64,000 nt of DNA. It comes from Fidelibacterota bacterium (GTDB lineage Bacteria > Fidelibacterota > Fidelibacteria > Fidelibacterales > DSDE01). Position numbers and translations under genes: made by a program. This document shows positions 8,733 through 18,447 of this stretch, one piece after another (within the stretch, counting starts at the first letter, position 1; every line of letters starts with the position of its first letter). Location: positions 96,001 to 160,000 of the forward strand of contig JBJKQR010000018.1 of the NCBI GenBank assembly GCA_046735395.1, written 5' to 3'. The notes below the pieces were generated by a model, which had not been told where the DNA came from, did not search any database, and worked only from the letters and a program-made list of their open reading frames with translations.

Positions 8733-9944
8733 ATGAAACGACTGACTTTACTGATTGCCTTACTTCTGATGTCTGTGCAGGGATTTGCCTGCACCTCTGC
8801 CGTCATATCCGGACGCGCCACCGCTGACGGCCGCCCGCTGCTCTGGAAGCTCCGGGACAGCGGATCCGTCGAAAATGCGCTGGACTATTTCCAGGGAGAC
8901 GGCTACAGCTTCACCGGTATCATCAACTGCGAGGATACGAACCGTGAAAATGTATGGATGGGCGCCAATGAAACCGGTTTTGCCATCATGAATACCCATT
9001 CCTACAATGTGAATTTCGGCCACGACTGCGGCTGCAGAATGGACCGGGAAGGGGAATTCATGAAACTGGCCCTGTCCCGATGCAGAAACCTGGCGGATTT
9101 CGAAAAACTGCTGAGTGATTCCGTGACCTTCTGGGGGCTGTCGGCAAATTTCGGCGTGATCGATGCGGAGGGCGGTGCGGCCTATTACGAGACCGGCTGC
9201 AGCAGTTTTCGCAAATACGACGTGAATGATCCGCAGACCGCGCCGGAGGGCTATCTGCTGAGAACCAATTATTCCTTTTCCGGCGAAAAGGATCGCGGCC
9301 ACGGATATATCCGCTATGCGGCCACCGAAGCGCTGTTTAATTCTCCCGAGGGGACTCCTCTGAATGCGGAATTTCTGATTCGCAAGGCGAGCCGCAATCT
9401 CGTAAACGGATATACGGGCATCAATCTTCGCAAGGTGCGGATTCCGCGCCGGGCAGATGAAAAATTCATGCCTTTTCAGGATTATGTCGTCAATACCTGG
9501 ACCGTGTCCGTGATGGCGGTACAGGGTGTGAAAAAGGATGAAAATCCGGAAAATACGCTGATGTGGGTTATTCCCGGCTGGCCGCTCACCACGCCTGCAC
9601 TTCCCGTGTGGGTCGGTGACCGGGACCATTATCCGTCAATTCTGAAGCGGGGTGAGGACGGACACTGTCCGCTGAATGCCGCTGGACTTGCTGCCAAGGC
9701 GGAATGCATTCCCGATACGCGGGGTGACAAGGAAAATTATCTGAATATCGTTCCGCTCCTTAAACGGTCAGGCCCGGCTTATCTCCGGAATGTGGAAAGC
9801 CTGGAAAACAGCATCTTTGAAGCCGCGTCCGAAAGAGAGGGACAGATTCATCGGGACGGATCTGTGACCGCCGGTTCTGCGGACTTCCAATCACGTATTG
9901 AAGCATTAATAAAAACACAGAATAAAGGGAAATTTAATCAATGA
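8733..9944 (+). CDS. Secreted Cys-nucleophile Ntn hydrolase (C45/acyltransferase-like)
   Basis: Signal peptide ending GFA, then CTSAVISG; DGRPLLWKLRD, MGANETGFAIMN, RTNYS. Confidence 0.8.
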   Translation: MKRLTLLIALLLMSVQGFACTSAVISGRATADGRPLLWKLRDSGSVENALDYFQGDGYSFTGIINCEDTNRENVWMGANETGFAIMNTHSYNVNFGHDCGCRMDREGEFMKLALSRCRNLADFEKLLSDSVTFWGLSANFGVIDAEGGAAYYETGCSSFRKYDVNDPQTAPEGYLLRTNYSFSGEKDRGHGYIRYAATEALFNSPEGTPLNAEFLIRKASRNLVNGYTGINLRKVRIPRRADEKFMPFQDYVVNTWTVSVMAVQGVKKDENPENTLMWVIPGWPLTTPALPVWVGDRDHYPSILKRGEDGHCPLNAAGLAAKAECIPDTRGDKENYLNIVPLLKRSGPAYLRNVESLENSIFEAASEREGQIHRDGSVTAGSADFQSRIEALIKTQNKGKFNQ

Positions 9945-10354
9945 TTATTGCAGTTGATTTTGACGGAACGATTGTCGAACACAAGTACCCCCGCATTGGA
10001 GAGGAACGGCTCTTTGCCTTCGAGGCACTGAAGGAACTCAAGAAGCAGGGACATAAGCTGATACTCTGGACCTACCGGTCAGGCAATGAACTGGACGAAG
10101 CGGTGGAATACTGCCGGAATAACGGTGTGGAATTCTTCGCGATCAATTCAAGTATGCCGGGCGAAAAATTTAATACGGACACGATGAGCAGAAAAATTCT
10201 GGCTGATGTCTATATCGATGACCGGAATGTGGGCGGCTTCCCCGGCTGGGGTGAAATCATGCAGATGCTCAGCCCTGATTTCGAAAAGAAGCAGCTCGAA
10301 ATCATGAGAAAAGCCCGGAAACAGAGCAAAAAGAAACGTTTTTTCTTTTTTTGA
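9941..10354 (+). CDS. Small capless HAD phosphatase (BT0820-like)
   Basis: IAVDFDGTI, LILWTYR, ADVYIDDRN. Confidence 0.88.
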   Translation: MIIAVDFDGTIVEHKYPRIGEERLFAFEALKELKKQGHKLILWTYRSGNELDEAVEYCRNNGVEFFAINSSMPGEKFNTDTMSRKILADVYIDDRNVGGFPGWGEIMQMLSPDFEKKQLEIMRKARKQSKKKRFFFF

Positions 10355-10389
10355 AAAAATGCATAGTGAAATTACGGTAAGGGGAAATC

Positions 10390-10791
10390 ATGTCGGACAG
10401 AAGAAGTATCAAGCTTGAGCAAATGATAAATAAGCCTGTGGACGCGGTGTGGCGGGCGCTGACGGAAGGGGAGCTGCTGGCGAAATGGTGGGCCCCCGGG
10501 GATGTTCGGGCCGAGGAAGGTGCTGAATTTGACCTGGATATGGGCGCACCCTTCGGGAAACAGCATTGTGTGGTCGAAAAAGTTGTACCGCAGTCTTATT
10601 TTCGTTACAGTTTCTCGCCCGGGATGCTGGATACGGTGATTACCTGGGAACTTGCGGCCGAGGGCGCTTCCACGCGACTGTCTCTGGAGCATGCCGGATT
10701 CGATGCGGATACGGAGCTTGGGCGCAACGCCTTCCAGGGAATGGGCCGGGGCTGGCCCTTTCTCCTGAAAAAGATCGAAGAAATCCTCTAA
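10390..10791 (+). CDS. SRPBCC/AHSA1-domain protein
   Basis: PVDAVWRALT..LLAKWW, TRLSLEHAGF, GWPFLL. Confidence 0.88.
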   Translation: MSDRRSIKLEQMINKPVDAVWRALTEGELLAKWWAPGDVRAEEGAEFDLDMGAPFGKQHCVVEKVVPQSYFRYSFSPGMLDTVITWELAAEGASTRLSLEHAGFDADTELGRNAFQGMGRGWPFLLKKIEEIL

Positions 10792-10874
10792 GCTGAATAG
10801 CTGACCCGCCCCGTCAATAAGCCGGTGCCGGGATCAGAAAAGTATTGAAAAGTCAGGAAAAACTCCGCAAATTA

Positions 10875-10900
10875 CTTAACCGGTAAAGTAACCGGTTAAG
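10875..10900. promoter_or_regulatory. Tandem palindromic operator, LacI-like core
   Basis: CTTAACCGGT-AAAGTA-ACCGGTTAAG is a perfect 10-bp inverted repeat; each half is itself centred on ACCGGT; 75 bp upstream of a sugar kinase. Confidence 0.65.
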
Positions 10901-10975
10901 CCAGTCCTGATTCCCGGATCGGATTTGAAAAAAACAGGGCTGTTCTGAGAAGTTATCAGGAAAATTGAAAGGAAA

Positions 10976-12061
10976 ATGATCATGGGTGCAAAGATACAGA
11001 GCGGGAAACGCTGGTCACTGGTTGTGGCGACCAGTATGGGCGTGCGGATCACGCCGACAGACCGTCAGCCGGTGCAGAGTGCGGAAAATTTTATGATGCA
11101 GGCGACGTCTGCGGAAACCAATGTTGCCAGTGTGGTTTCGTATCTCGGGCAGCCGGTGAAAGTCCTCACGAATTTTGTGAAGGGGAGTCCCATCGCGGCT
11201 ATGATAAAGAGCAATCTGAGGCGCCGCATGATGGATTATGAAGGCCCGGAGATTGAACAGGGTGATCCCTGGGGCTACCGGCACCAGTTTAATATCGCCG
11301 ACAGCGGTTTCGGCCTCCGCGGTCCCCGCGTGCATAATGACAGAGCCGGTGAAGTGGGACGGATTCTGAATGTGAAGGATTTTGACCTGGATCGTCTTTT
11401 CAGCCGGGAAGGCGTGGGAATACTCCATCTGTCCGGATTGATCGCCGCGCTCAGCCCGGACACGGGACGCTTCTGCCTCGAGCTGGCCCGGGCTGCGAAA
11501 AAAACCGGCACGCTCATCTCCTTCGATCTGAATCATCGGGCCTCCTTCTGGAAAGGCCGGGAAACCGAACTTCGTCATCTCTTTTCCGAAATTGCCGGTG
11601 TGTCTGATATTCTGGTTGGGAATGAGGAAGATTTTCAGCTGTGTCTCGGAATTGAAGGCCCGGAAGCCGGGGGAAAGGACCTCAGCTCAAAGATTGACAG
11701 TTTTCGCGATATGATCGGACGGGTCAGAGCGGCCTATCCGGGCGCATCGCTGTTTGCCACCACCCTTCGGGAAGTGGTGAGCGCAAATACCCACAATTGG
11801 GGCGCTCTGCTCTGGAGCGGCGGCAAATGGGAAGTGGCTGAGCCCCGGGAAATACCGGTTCTGGACCGGATCGGCGGCGGTGACGGCTTTGTGGGCGGCC
11901 TGCTCTATGGTATACTGAAGGGCTGGGACGCACAGAAGTGTCTGCAGTTCGGGTGGGCGTCCGGGGCGCTGGCAGCCACCATGCTGACCGATTATGCCCA
12001 GCCTGCCGACGAGGAACAGATCTGGAGTATCTGGGCCGGGAATGCCCGGGTCAAACGCTGA
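10976..12061 (+). CDS. PfkB-family sugar kinase (KdgK-like)
   Basis: SFDLNHR, GNEED, DRIGGGDGFVGG anion-hole motif. Confidence 0.9.
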   Translation: MIMGAKIQSGKRWSLVVATSMGVRITPTDRQPVQSAENFMMQATSAETNVASVVSYLGQPVKVLTNFVKGSPIAAMIKSNLRRRMMDYEGPEIEQGDPWGYRHQFNIADSGFGLRGPRVHNDRAGEVGRILNVKDFDLDRLFSREGVGILHLSGLIAALSPDTGRFCLELARAAKKTGTLISFDLNHRASFWKGRETELRHLFSEIAGVSDILVGNEEDFQLCLGIEGPEAGGKDLSSKIDSFRDMIGRVRAAYPGASLFATTLREVVSANTHNWGALLWSGGKWEVAEPREIPVLDRIGGGDGFVGGLLYGILKGWDAQKCLQFGWASGALAATMLTDYAQPADEEQIWSIWAGNARVKR

Positions 12062-12121
12062 GCACGAGGGAACGGGTTTTCTGCGCGGATATACAGGCAC
12101 TCACAGAGTCCGCTTATCCGT

Positions 12122-12149
12122 TTGTTTTCAAATCTGCTATTCTTAAATT
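12122..12149 (+). promoter_or_regulatory. Putative promoter giving a leaderless transcript of the lipid A cluster
   Basis: TTGTTT-N16-TAAATT, then 6 nt, then ATG 12156; no SD. Confidence 0.5.
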
Positions 12150-12155
12150 ACGCCC

Positions 12156-13145
12156 ATGGCGAATAAACTGAAGCTTGGAATTTTTGGCATCGGCCAGTTC
12201 GGCCTGCCGCATCTGAAGAACTGGCTTCAGGTAAAGGATGTGGAGCTGGTCGGATTCTGTGATATTGATAAGCTGAAGCAGAATCTGATACAACGGGAAT
12301 TCGGAATTCCCTACATGCCCCAGTCGGATCTGATCGACGCGGCCGATGTGATTGATGTGGTTACGCCTACCTATGCACACTACGAAATCGCCCGCGAAGC
12401 CGTGGAAAAAGGCCGTCATGCCTTTGTGGAAAAACCCTTTACCCAGACGCTGGAGGAGGGGATTGCCCTCAGATCCCTGGCAGAGGAAAAAGGCGTGAAG
12501 GTGACGGTGGGCTTTATCGAGCGCTTCAATCCGGTATTCATGGAATTGTCGAAACAGACGGATCTGAAGCCGGAATTCATTGAAGTGCACCGCATGGGAC
12601 AGTTCAACCCCTACCGGGGAATTGATATTCCGGTTGTTCATGAACTGATGATCCATGATCTGGACATGGTGCAGCATCTGGTGAACTCGGATGTTCGTAC
12701 CATTCATGCATCGGGAACGAAGGTTCTCAGTGAGGAAATCGATATTGTCAATGCGCGGCTCGAGTTCGAGAATGGCTGTGTGGCCAACATGACCTGCAGC
12801 CGCATTGCGCCCGGGAAAATGCGCAAAACCCGTATCTTTCAGCGGAATCGCTATATCTCGCTGGATATGCTGAATCAGAAGGCCGAAATATACGAAATCC
12901 GGGAAAATGTCGATCCGGAGAGCCTGGACACGGAGCGTATCATGGCCAAGATTCCCTCGCAATACAATAAGGGAATCGCTTACCGGCAGATACAGAGCAG
13001 CAGCCATAATGCTCTCAAACTGGAGTTTGAATCCTTCATAAAGAGCATTGTCACAAACAGTGAACCCCCCGTAACCAGTACGGATGCCGTCAGGGCGCTG
13101 GATCTGGCTTTTCGGATAAAGGACAGGATTATTCATGGGAATTAA
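12156..13145 (+). CDS. Gfo/Idh/MocA oxidoreductase, GnnA-like (UDP-GlcNAc 3-dehydrogenase candidate)
   Basis: GIGQFG Rossmann motif, VEKP, GFIERFNP, LMIHDLD, DIVNARLEF; next to lpxB. Confidence 0.8.
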   Translation: MANKLKLGIFGIGQFGLPHLKNWLQVKDVELVGFCDIDKLKQNLIQREFGIPYMPQSDLIDAADVIDVVTPTYAHYEIAREAVEKGRHAFVEKPFTQTLEEGIALRSLAEEKGVKVTVGFIERFNPVFMELSKQTDLKPEFIEVHRMGQFNPYRGIDIPVVHELMIHDLDMVQHLVNSDVRTIHASGTKVLSEEIDIVNARLEFENGCVANMTCSRIAPGKMRKTRIFQRNRYISLDMLNQKAEIYEIRENVDPESLDTERIMAKIPSQYNKGIAYRQIQSSSHNALKLEFESFIKSIVTNSEPPVTSTDAVRALDLAFRIKDRIIHGN

Positions 13146-13713
13146 GGAGTTTATTTTCAAATACCGCGGGCAGCTGCCCATTCCTCTGGCTCTGATGCTG
13201 ATTTACAGCGCTGAGCCGCAGCCGACCGGTGCCGGAATCGGCCTGCTGATCATCCTTCTCGGCGAATGGGTTCGGCTTTCGGCATTACGAAGTATCGGGG
13301 CACCTTCACGGACCCGCACCGCAGGCGCTCCCAACCTGATTACATGGGGCATGTATGCCCATGTGCGCAATCCGCTCTACGTGGGAAATTTTCTCATTTA
13401 TATCGGCCTTGTCGTTCTGGGCGGCGGGCCCTGGCTTCCCCTTCTGCTTGCCCTTACTGTTGCTTACTTTATTTTTCAGTATGCCCTGATCATCCGGCTC
13501 GAGGAATCGGTTCTGGCCGAAAAATTCGGCGAACCCTATTCTGCGTACTGCCAGGAAGTTCCACGCGTGATCCCACGGCTCGGTTCCGGTTCTTATAGAA
13601 AAGCGGATATAGTACGGCGACCCTGGCTGAAAACAATTAAAATCGAAAAAAGCTCCCTGTTCTCTCTCTCGGTCATTATCCTGGCCCTTGTACTGAAAGT
13701 ATTATTATTTTAA
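13135..13713 (+). CDS. Isoprenylcysteine carboxyl methyltransferase (Ste14)-family membrane methyltransferase, LmtA-like by context
   Basis: LITWGMYAHVRNPLYVG, EESVLAEKFGEPYSAYCQEVPR; overlaps the upstream gene and abuts lpxB. Confidence 0.85.
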   Translation: MGIKEFIFKYRGQLPIPLALMLIYSAEPQPTGAGIGLLIILLGEWVRLSALRSIGAPSRTRTAGAPNLITWGMYAHVRNPLYVGNFLIYIGLVVLGGGPWLPLLLALTVAYFIFQYALIIRLEESVLAEKFGEPYSAYCQEVPRVIPRLGSGSYRKADIVRRPWLKTIKIEKSSLFSLSVIILALVLKVLLF

Positions 13714-13714
13714 T

Positions 13715-14863
13715 ATGACGCCTCAACGGACTTTAAAAAATGTATGTGTGATTGCCGGTGATCCGTCGGGTGATGTGAATGGCGCCCATATTCTTATTGA
13801 CCTGAAGAAACGTTTCCCGGAGGTGAAACTATTCGGGATCGGCGGGAATTATATGGCCCGGGAAGGGATGGAACTCCTGTTTCATAACCGGAATACGGCC
13901 TTTATGGGTTTTTCCGAAGTGATCCGTCATCTTGGTTTCATTCGCAATATGTTTCAGGTGTTGCTCGAAGAGATAAAGACGCGGCGGCCGGATGCCATTA
14001 TCCTGATTGATTATCCGGGCTTCAATCTGAAGCTTGCCGAAAAATTACACGGATCCGGTATTCCCATTTTCTACTACATCGCGCCTCAGGCCTGGGCCTG
14101 GAAGGAAAACCGGGTAAAACTTCTGAAAAAATATGTGGATCACCTTTTTGTAATTTTTCCATTTGAGGAGGCCTTTTTCCGCCAGTTCCGGATTCCCACC
14201 ACCTATGTGGGACATCCCTTCGGGCATACGATCCTAAATCGTGAATTTCCGGCTGATGCCCTGCTGCGGGACGGATACAATCTGGATCTGCCGATCATTT
14301 CCTTTCTGCCCGGCAGCCGGGAACAGGAAATTGCCCGTCATATGCCGGTCATCGTTGAAACGCTGGATCTCATCAGGGAAAAATATCCGCATTGGCAGAT
14401 CGCCATTTCCAAGGCTCCGCTTATCCCGGACGAATTCTGGGAAAAACAGGTGCGGCATCATGCGGACGCAAGTTATTCCGGAAATCTGGATATTCTTCTG
14501 GCTCATTCCACGGCGGTGGCTGTGGCCAGCGGCACTGCCAGCCTGCAGACCGCCTTTCATCTGAAACCCATGGTTATTTTTTATCGTGTCAGCGGTATTT
14601 CCTACCTGCTGGCCAAATCTCTGACCCGGCTGAAGTTTATCGGTATCATTAATATTCTCAACGGGTCGGAGCTCTTTCCGGAGCTGGTACAGGGACGATT
14701 CACGGCCGCGAATCTTCTGCAGGCGCTGGAAGATCAGCTCTTTACCTATTCGCATCAGCCCATTAAAATGACAAAAATGAAAAATCTGGTGAATAAACTC
14801 TATAAATCCGACAGCAATCAGATCATTACTGATACAATGCTTGAGGTCCTTAACAAATCCTGA
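13715..14863 (+). CDS. lpxB: Lipid A disaccharide synthase
   Basis: AGDPSGD, IDYPGFN, PQAWAW, FPFEE, YVGHP, LPGSREQE, ASGTA. Confidence 0.96.
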   Translation: MTPQRTLKNVCVIAGDPSGDVNGAHILIDLKKRFPEVKLFGIGGNYMAREGMELLFHNRNTAFMGFSEVIRHLGFIRNMFQVLLEEIKTRRPDAIILIDYPGFNLKLAEKLHGSGIPIFYYIAPQAWAWKENRVKLLKKYVDHLFVIFPFEEAFFRQFRIPTTYVGHPFGHTILNREFPADALLRDGYNLDLPIISFLPGSREQEIARHMPVIVETLDLIREKYPHWQIAISKAPLIPDEFWEKQVRHHADASYSGNLDILLAHSTAVAVASGTASLQTAFHLKPMVIFYRVSGISYLLAKSLTRLKFIGIINILNGSELFPELVQGRFTAANLLQALEDQLFTYSHQPIKMTKMKNLVNKLYKSDSNQIITDTMLEVLNKS

Positions 14864-15832
14864 TTGGTTATGGCATTACGAATAGCGGGAAATCTGCCTG
14901 AACCTGTTGTCCGGTTGCGGCACTGGTTCTATGACAGGCAGCTGTTCCGGATCTGTCATCCCGCGATTCCGGTTCTGTCGGTGGGCAGTGTGACCATCGG
15001 CGGTGCGGGGAAGACGCCGCTGACACTGAAACTGGCCGGCCTTCTGCAGCAAAAGGGGCTGAAACCTGCGATCCTGAGCCGGGGTTACGGCCGGAAAACC
15101 CGCGGACTGGCTGTCATTCCCACCGGTGCTCCTGCGGAGGGCGCTGCCCGGGAGTTCGGCGATGAACCGATGATGATCCGGCAGCACTTTCCCGATTTGC
15201 CCATTGTGGTATCGGAAGATCGCTGCAGCGGCGCGGAATATATTGAGAAACAGGGGCTGGCTGACTGCATTGTACTGGATGACGGTTTTCAGCACCGTCA
15301 TCTGGCCCATGACTGCGATGTACTGATATTCAAAAAAAATTTCCAGGGTGTCCGGGAACGCTATTTCCCTGTCGGGCATCTCCGTGACAGCCTTACCCGA
15401 TTGGCCGCAGCAGACAGTATTCTGTATGAGAAGGGGACCGCGGAGGATGTGACGGCCTATCTGCAGGGGAAGTCCGGCTGCTTTGCCTATCAATTTCATT
15501 TTCAGGGCCCGGAACCTTCCGATCTGACATCTCCGGTGACGGCATTCTCTGGTGTTGCTGACCCTTCCGGCTTTCGTCAGACTCTGACTGAGCTCGCACT
15601 TCGCCCGGATCATTTTTTTGCATTTCCGGACCATGCGGAATACCGTTCTTTCAGACTGAAAAAACTTGATGAAAGCGCATCCGGAACCCTGCTCTGCACG
15701 GAAAAGGATTATGTGAAATTACCCCGTGAATTCCTCCGGGACCGGGATGTCCGCTGTATCCGGATGTCGGTGGAAATTGAAAATGAGACGGAATTCATGG
15801 ACAGCCTGCTGGACAGGATACAGATCCGCTGA
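14864..15832 (+). CDS. lpxK: Tetraacyldisaccharide 4'-kinase
   Basis: SVGSVTIGGAGKTP, LSRGYG, GDEP, LDDGFQH, FPDH, TEKD; start may be ATG 14870. Confidence 0.95.
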   Translation: MVMALRIAGNLPEPVVRLRHWFYDRQLFRICHPAIPVLSVGSVTIGGAGKTPLTLKLAGLLQQKGLKPAILSRGYGRKTRGLAVIPTGAPAEGAAREFGDEPMMIRQHFPDLPIVVSEDRCSGAEYIEKQGLADCIVLDDGFQHRHLAHDCDVLIFKKNFQGVRERYFPVGHLRDSLTRLAAADSILYEKGTAEDVTAYLQGKSGCFAYQFHFQGPEPSDLTSPVTAFSGVADPSGFRQTLTELALRPDHFFAFPDHAEYRSFRLKKLDESASGTLLCTEKDYVKLPREFLRDRDVRCIRMSVEIENETEFMDSLLDRIQIR

Positions 15833-15926
15833 AACCTGCCTGCAATGCCCGATGCCTTTCTTCTTTCATTTCCCCTGATTATTCAGCAAATTCATTGCGG
15901 ATGAAAAAGCAACAAAAGGAGAATAC

Positions 15927-16235
15927 ATGGACACGCTCTTGAATAATCCTCTGTACATGGGCATCGCGGCCGTGCTGGCTGTTGTGCTGGTTTTCACATT
16001 GATCAAGAAACTCCTGAAATGGGCCGTGATTATAGTCGTTATTTTAGCTGTTTATCTCTTCTGGGTGATGCAGACCTCCGATAATCCCGAACAGACGGTG
16101 AAAAAGCATATAGAGACGGGAAAGAAACAGATCGAGAAGGTCGTGGATGAAAGCAAGAAAGTGGAAAAGAAGGTTGAAAAGGCCATTCCGGATGATCTGA
16201 AGAAAAAAGCCGGTGATATGCTGAAGAAAGACTGA
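15927..16235 (+). CDS. Small membrane protein with two TM segments and a Lys-rich helical tail
   Basis: AAGGAG SD; two hydrophobic stretches, charged C terminus; 7 nt before rnr. Confidence 0.75.
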   Translation: MDTLLNNPLYMGIAAVLAVVLVFTLIKKLLKWAVIIVVILAVYLFWVMQTSDNPEQTVKKHIETGKKQIEKVVDESKKVEKKVEKAIPDDLKKKAGDMLKKD

Positions 16236-16242
16236 CGATAGT

Positions 16243-18351
16243 ATGATGGATAAAGTGGATACGGACGCGCTGACGGCGCAGATTCTGGGCTGGTTTCAGG
16301 AACACAGCAACATGAAGGTGAAACCCAAACGCCTTCGTTCCTTCCTGAATGTTCCCCAGCGCGATTATCCGGAGCTGCGGGATACGCTGAAGAATCTGGC
16401 CCGGGCCGGAAAACTGGGACGTTTCCAGGGAAATATGTACGGACTGAATTCCGGGACGGACCTGCAGGTGGGAATATTGCAGATTCCGGCTCATGGAATG
16501 CCCTGGGTCGTGACGCCGGAAGGCGAGCGGGTGACAGTAGATGAGACACAGCTTCGGGGAGCCGTTCATGACGACACGGTGGCCATAAAGCTGTATCCGC
16601 GCCCCTTGCGGGGCCAGCCGGATGCCCAGATCCGGAAAATTGTAAAACGGGGCCGAAACCGTGTGCTGGCCTCATACCAGAGTTTGCGGGGCGGAGATAT
16701 TGCCGTTCCCGAGCTCAGTCAGCTGAAGTTTGATATTGTGCTGGATGATCTGGGCGGAACCCGGCCGAACACCGGCGATATCATTGACGTGGAAATTACT
16801 GAGTGGCCGACCGGTACAGCCCGGCCCCATGGACGGATTCTGCGGATCATCGGCAGCCGTGAGCAGGTCGAATACGATGCCCTGTTTATTGCGGATCAGT
16901 TCCATATTCCCATTGAATTCAGCCCGGAGTCCCTGAAAGAATCCCGTGAGCTGAAACTGCGTACCGGATCCAAGTCAAGACTGGATCTGAGACAGGAGAC
17001 GGTTTTCACTATCGATCCGGCGGACGCGAAGGATTTTGACGATGCCGTGTCGCTGAAGGAACTGGATAACGGCCACGTGCAGCTGGGTGTGCACATTGCG
17101 GATGTTTCCGAATATGTTCAGCGAAACAGCGCCCTTGATGGTGATGCCTATCAGCGTGGGACATCCGTGTATTTTACGCGGCAGGTCATTCCCATGCTGC
17201 CGGAGGTACTGAGCAATGACCTCTGCTCTCTGAAACCGGATGAGGACAGGCTCTGTGTCTCGGTACTGTTCGAACTGGATCAGAACGCGGAGCTGCTGTC
17301 GTATTCCCTGCATGAATCCCTGATCCACAGCTGCCGGCGGTTCAGTTATGAGGAAGTGCAGGCGATTCTTGACGGTGAGGAAGGAGATCATGCCGATGTC
17401 CTTCTGAGTATGAAAGCAGTGGCGGCGAAGCTTTTCGCCAAGCGCCGCGCGTGGGGAAGCATTGATTTTGACCTGCCCGAACCGCGTTATGAGCTGGATG
17501 AGCAGGGGAATCCTGTCAATATTTTTAAAAAAGACCGTCTGGACAGCCATCGCATAATCGAGGAATTCATGCTTCTGGCCAACCGGACCGTCACGGAATA
17601 CATGTTTTCCCGGGAAGCGAAGCTGCCCTTTATCTTTCGGATTCATGACGAACCGGAGGCGGAGGATATCCGGCGCCTGTTCCGGCTGATGAAGGGAGTG
17701 GGGCTGGAACAGCCGCCTCCCAGCGGTAAAATTCGCCCGATGGTGATTCAGAAGGCGCTGGACAGCATCCAGGATCATCCAGCGGAAAAATTCATCGAAA
17801 AAATTACGCTGCGAAGCATGATGAAGGCGCGTTATTCGCAGAAAAACCGGGGACATTTCGGACTGGCCTTCAAGTCCTATACCCATTTTACCTCTCCGAT
17901 CCGCCGTTACCCGGACCTGATCGTACACCGCATTCTGAAATCGGTGATCAAAACCGGAACACATGGATACAGTGAAGAGGATCTGCGGATTATTGCCAAT
18001 AAATCCTCGGAAACGGAAGTGAGGGCCGTGGAGGCGGAGCGGGAGTATCATCGCCGGAAACAGCTGAAATTCATGAGTGACCGCATCGGACAGAAATTTC
18101 ATGCTTCCGTTTCGGGCCTGCTGCAAAGCGGACTCTTCGTCGTCATCGAGGAAAACTTCGTGGAAGGCTTTGTGCCCCGGCGTGAATTGCCGGGTGATTA
18201 CTGGGACTATGATAAGGAAAATTTTGAGCTGAGGGGGCGGCGAACGCGGAAAATCTACCGGCTGGGTGATGCGCTGACCGTGATTCTTGCCCGTGTCGAT
18301 ATGAACCGGGGTTTTATTGATTTTGCCCTGGCGCCGCCTGACGAATCCTGA
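16243..18351 (+). CDS. rnr: Ribonuclease R
   Basis: TIDPADAKDFDDA, HIADVS, IEEFMLLAN, HFGLA..YTHFTSPIRRYPDL, C-terminal S1. Confidence 0.96.
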   Translation: MMDKVDTDALTAQILGWFQEHSNMKVKPKRLRSFLNVPQRDYPELRDTLKNLARAGKLGRFQGNMYGLNSGTDLQVGILQIPAHGMPWVVTPEGERVTVDETQLRGAVHDDTVAIKLYPRPLRGQPDAQIRKIVKRGRNRVLASYQSLRGGDIAVPELSQLKFDIVLDDLGGTRPNTGDIIDVEITEWPTGTARPHGRILRIIGSREQVEYDALFIADQFHIPIEFSPESLKESRELKLRTGSKSRLDLRQETVFTIDPADAKDFDDAVSLKELDNGHVQLGVHIADVSEYVQRNSALDGDAYQRGTSVYFTRQVIPMLPEVLSNDLCSLKPDEDRLCVSVLFELDQNAELLSYSLHESLIHSCRRFSYEEVQAILDGEEGDHADVLLSMKAVAAKLFAKRRAWGSIDFDLPEPRYELDEQGNPVNIFKKDRLDSHRIIEEFMLLANRTVTEYMFSREAKLPFIFRIHDEPEAEDIRRLFRLMKGVGLEQPPPSGKIRPMVIQKALDSIQDHPAEKFIEKITLRSMMKARYSQKNRGHFGLAFKSYTHFTSPIRRYPDLIVHRILKSVIKTGTHGYSEEDLRIIANKSSETEVRAVEAEREYHRRKQLKFMSDRIGQKFHASVSGLLQSGLFVVIEENFVEGFVPRRELPGDYWDYDKENFELRGRRTRKIYRLGDALTVILARVDMNRGFIDFALAPPDES

Positions 18352-18381
18352 TCGTTCAGACCATTTTTTTCACGGTAATAA

Positions 18382-18416
18382 AAAACAGGCAGAAGCTTAA
18401 ACGCTCTGCCTGTTTT
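18382..18416. terminator. Bidirectional intrinsic terminator between rnr and the S46 peptidase gene
   Basis: AAAACAGGCAGA (18382-18393) / TCTGCCTGTTTT (18405-18416) inverted repeat with A/T tracts, between convergent genes. Confidence 0.85.
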
Positions 18417-18447
18417 GGTATTATGCGGATGTTTAGCTGAGGTGAAC

